A DNA stretch of 19,342 nt from Candidatus Cloacimonadota bacterium (lineage in GTDB: Bacteria; Cloacimonadota; Cloacimonadia; Cloacimonadales; WRIO01): positions 1 to 19,342 of the forward strand of contig JAKQQL010000080.1 in assembly GCA_029564175.1 (NCBI GenBank), read 5' to 3'. Position 1 is the first letter of the stretch, and the number at the start of each line of letters is the position of its first letter. The position numbers and the translations under genes are program-made. Below, piece by piece: positions 16,902 to 19,342 of the stretch. The notes under the pieces are model-generated. The model was not told the DNA's origin. It saw only the letters and a list, made by a program, of their open reading frames with translations, and did no database searches.

Positions 16902-18593
16902 ATGACAGAAAACACTGAAAAAACAAAAGAAAATGAAGTATCCAATTTTATTCGTAATATCATTGATCAGGATTTAGAATCCGGAAAACACCAACATATC
17001 GTCACCCGATTCCCTCCTGAACCAAACGGTTATCTACATATTGGCCATGCCAAATCAATATGTTTAAACTTTGGAATTGCTCGTGATTATAAAGGCGTAT
17101 GTCATTTAAGATTTGACGATACCAACCCGGTAAAAGAAGATGTCGAATATGTCGATTCCATCATGGAAGATGTCCATTGGCTTGGTTTTGACTGGAATGA
17201 AAAGTTATTCTACGCTTCTGATTATTATCAGCAGTTATATGATTATGCTGAATATCTGATTAAAGAAGGCAAAGCCTATGTCTGTGATTTAAACCAGGAA
17301 GAAATGAGACAGACCAGAGGGACATTGACAGTTCCAGGCACAGATAGTCCTTTCAGAAATCGCTCGATTGACGAAAATTTAGATCTATTTCGCCGTATGA
17401 AAGCCGGAGAATTTGAAGAAGGCACAAAATCACTCAGAGCAAAGATTGATATGGCTTCTCCCAATATGAACATGAGAGACCCTGTGATTTACCGTATTAA
17501 AAAAGCATCTCATCACCGAACAGGAGATCAGTGGTGTATCTACCCAATGTATGATTATACCCATTGTATTTCTGACTCGATTGAAGGCATTACCCATTCC
17601 ATCTGTACGCTTGAATTTGAAGATCACCGTCCGCTTTATGACTGGGTACTTGACCAATTGCCTGTTAAATGTCATCCTCAACAGATCGAATTTGCCAGAT
17701 TAAATCTATCTTATACCGTAATGAGTAAAAGATTACTGCTTTCTTTGGTTAAGGACAATAAAGTCAATGGTTGGGATGATCCCCGTATGCCAACCATTGC
17801 CGGTATGAGAAGAAGAGGTTATACCCCGGAAGCCATTAGAAATTTCGCTGACCGAATCGGTGTGGCAAAAGCAAACAGTATTGTTGATTTTGAACTGCTT
17901 CAGTTCTGCGTCAGAGAAGATTTAAATATGAAAGCAAAACGCGTGATGGTCGTCCTGGATCCATTGGAAGTCATCATCGAGAATTATCCGGATGGACAGG
18001 TTGAATATATGGAAGCTGAAAATAATCCTGAAGATTCAAGTGCAGGAAAACGAATGATTCCATTCTCCAAAAAAATATTAATTGAACGTGAAGACTTTAT
18101 GGAAGAACCTGCTAAAAAATGGTTCAGACTCTATCCTGGTGGTGAAATTCGTCTGAAACATGCTTATTATATCACCTGTAAAGAATCCATTAAAGATGAA
18201 CAAGGTAATATCATTCGCCTTATTTGTACCTATGACCCTGCTTCACGAGGCGGATGGACTCAGGATGGCAGAAAGGTCAAAGGCACTTCTCACTGGGTAT
18301 CGGCAGAACATGCGGTGAATGTGGAAGTTCGTCTTTATGATCACCTCTTCTGTGTTCCGGATCCGATGAATGTACCGGAAGGAAAAGATTATACCTGCAA
18401 TCTGAATCCAGACTCTCTTAAAATAATCACATGTCCTGCAGAGCCTTCCTTAAAAGAGTCAAAATCAGGCGAAAAATTCCAGTTCCTGCGTCAGGGATAT
18501 TTCAATACCGACTATGATACAACACCCGAAAAACCTGTATTTAATCGTATTGTAGGATTAAAAGACACCTGGGCGAAAGAAGCAAAAAAATAA
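16902..18593 (+). CDS. glnS: Glutamine--tRNA ligase
   Basis: [18 protein letters not shown] (HIGH motif), [29 protein letters not shown] and the C-terminal anticodon-binding beta domains. No YqeY extension. Confidence 0.97.
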   Translation: MTENTEKTKENEVSNFIRNIIDQDLESGKHQHIVTRFPPEPNGYLHIGHAKSICLNFGIARDYKGVCHLRFDDTNPVKEDVEYVDSIMEDVHWLGFDWNEKLFYASDYYQQLYDYAEYLIKEGKAYVCDLNQEEMRQTRGTLTVPGTDSPFRNRSIDENLDLFRRMKAGEFEEGTKSLRAKIDMASPNMNMRDPVIYRIKKASHHRTGDQWCIYPMYDYTHCISDSIEGITHSICTLEFEDHRPLYDWVLDQLPVKCHPQQIEFARLNLSYTVMSKRLLLSLVKDNKVNGWDDPRMPTIAGMRRRGYTPEAIRNFADRIGVAKANSIVDFELLQFCVREDLNMKAKRVMVVLDPLEVIIENYPDGQVEYMEAENNPEDSSAGKRMIPFSKKILIEREDFMEEPAKKWFRLYPGGEIRLKHAYYITCKESIKDEQGNIIRLICTYDPASRGGWTQDGRKVKGTSHWVSAEHAVNVEVRLYDHLFCVPDPMNVPEGKDYTCNLNPDSLKIITCPAEPSLKESKSGEKFQFLRQGYFNTDYDTTPEKPVFNRIVGLKDTWAKEAKK

Positions 18594-18610
18594 TTTTAAT
18601 AATTTTTAAT

Positions 18611-18638
18611 AAAGCGTGGTAATATCCACGCTTTTTTT
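18611..18638 (+). terminator. Rho-independent terminator of glnS
   Basis: AAAGCGTGG-TAATAT-CCACGCTTTTTTT. Confidence 0.85.
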
Positions 18639-18639
18639 A

Positions 18640-18668
18640 TTGACAAACATTCTGATTTATGCTAATGT
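18640..18668 (+). promoter_or_regulatory. Putative sigma70 promoter with extended -10
   Basis: TTGACA (18640-18645), 17 nt spacer, TAATGT (18663-18668) preceded by TG at 18660-18661. Confidence 0.6.
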
Positions 18669-18676
18669 TTATCATT

Positions 18677-18880
18677 ATGTCAGATTATTTATGTATTTTA
18701 ATGATACTATTGTATTCTTCTGCGTGGTATCTGAAAATCACTTACCATATCTCTCACGTCAAATGGAGAAGAAAACACTATTTTGATTTCACAGGCTCAT
18801 CAAAACAGTTTATAATTGCCTGTTTGGTATTTTTTATTGTTTTAGTATTAACATTGAGTGAATTGAAAGCGCATTTCTGA
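18677..18880 (+). CDS. Small two-TM membrane protein (frame stays open past TGA to TAA at 18946)
   Basis: MSDYLCILMILLYSSAWYL...FIIACLVFFIVLVLTL with two hydrophobic segments around a basic loop. Lies right behind a promoter; start codon uncertain. Confidence 0.5.
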   Translation: MSDYLCILMILLYSSAWYLKITYHISHVKWRRKHYFDFTGSSKQFIIACLVFFIVLVLTLSELKAHF

Positions 18881-19021
18881 AGACATTTAGGATCGGATAC
18901 CATTAATAAAAAAAAGACTGAATCAATCGAAGATGATGAAGAATAACCAACAACACTCTAATAATATTACCTGAAGCAAACAAGAGTTTTACATTATATT
19001 AAATTTCCGCATAATCAGTGC

Positions 19022-19198
19022 TATCCGTGTCAAAATATATTTTCTTTTCGCAAGCTGGTAGCTTGCGTTACAGCGTTATCCGTGTCAATATATATTTTCT
19101 TTACACAAGCTGGTAGCTTGCGTTACAGAGTTATCCGTGTCAAAAAAAGTTTTTTTTACGCAAGCTGGTAGCTTGCGTTACAGCATATTCCGCGTCAA
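19022..19198. repeat. Tandem array of about 3.2 x 55-bp units, each carrying a REP-like palindrome (BIME-like)
   Basis: Units start at 19022, 19077, 19132 and (partial) 19187: TATCCGTGTCAA - AT linker - CGCAAGCTGGTAGCTTGCGTTACAG. Confidence 0.85.
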
Positions 19199-19203
19199 AC
19201 AGC

Positions 19204-19232
19204 AAAAAAGCACAGAAATGAATCTGTGCTTT
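19204..19232 (-). terminator. Rho-independent terminator downstream of the 5S rRNA
   Basis: AAAGCACAGA-AATGAA-TCTGTGCTTT, with an A6 run at 19204-19209 giving a U-tract on the minus strand. Confidence 0.8.
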
Positions 19233-19253
19233 AAAAGTCAAAAGAGGATCAAT

Positions 19254-19342
19254 GATGGCGGCTTTCTACTCTCCCACACAGTTTCCCATGCAGTACCATC
19301 GACGTTAGTGAGCTTAACTGCTGTGTTCGGAATGGGTACAGG
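19254..19342 (-). rRNA. rrf: 5S ribosomal RNA (3' portion; truncated by window end)
   Basis: TGGCGGCTTTCTACTCTCCC...CAGTACCATCG...GCTTAAC...TGTTCGGAATGGG matches the reverse complement of the bacterial 5S consensus (CCCAUUCCGAAC, GUUAAGC, CGAUGGUACUG, GGGAGAGUAG). The 3' end position is approximate. Confidence 0.95.

Noticed and set aside
19022..19198. CRISPR mini-array
   Set aside because: The would-be spacers are only about 15 nt, AT-rich and similar to one another. No cas genes are present, and the palindrome also occurs singly at 277-295, as REPs do.
1..19342. Full UGA reassignment (genetic code 4 or 25)
   Set aside because: Five long genes end in TGA, two of them in ATGA coupling overlaps, and no long conserved gene here contains an internal TGA.

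Overview
AT-rich bacterial chromosomal window, mostly core or semi-core genes. Gene style is reminiscent of Candidatus Cloacimonadota, but this is a low-confidence impression. In order: 5' end of asnS (-); a cluster of REP-like palindromes; a Gfo/Idh/MocA (GnnA-like) oxidoreductase (-); two tandem secreted hypothetical proteins (-); an 11-bp-periodic inverted repeat; a TPR + SMP-30-like beta-propeller gene (+) whose signal peptide is interrupted by an in-frame TGA; a small Zn-ribbon protein (-); a PTS EIIA-CBS fusion (+); a non-canonical pilin (+); a PHP metallohydrolase / PAS histidine kinase / degenerate receiver-like unit (+) converging on DUF116 / EIIA (-); a secreted ankyrin-MBL fusion (-); glnS (+); a small membrane protein whose frame continues through a second in-frame TGA; a 55-bp tandem REP (BIME-like) array; and the terminator plus 3' part of a 5S rRNA (-). 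The most unusual signals are the two in-frame UGA codons, the covarying GTAN-stem REP family and the Asp-less receiver-like protein behind the kinase. No transposase, phage gene or CRISPR array is seen.
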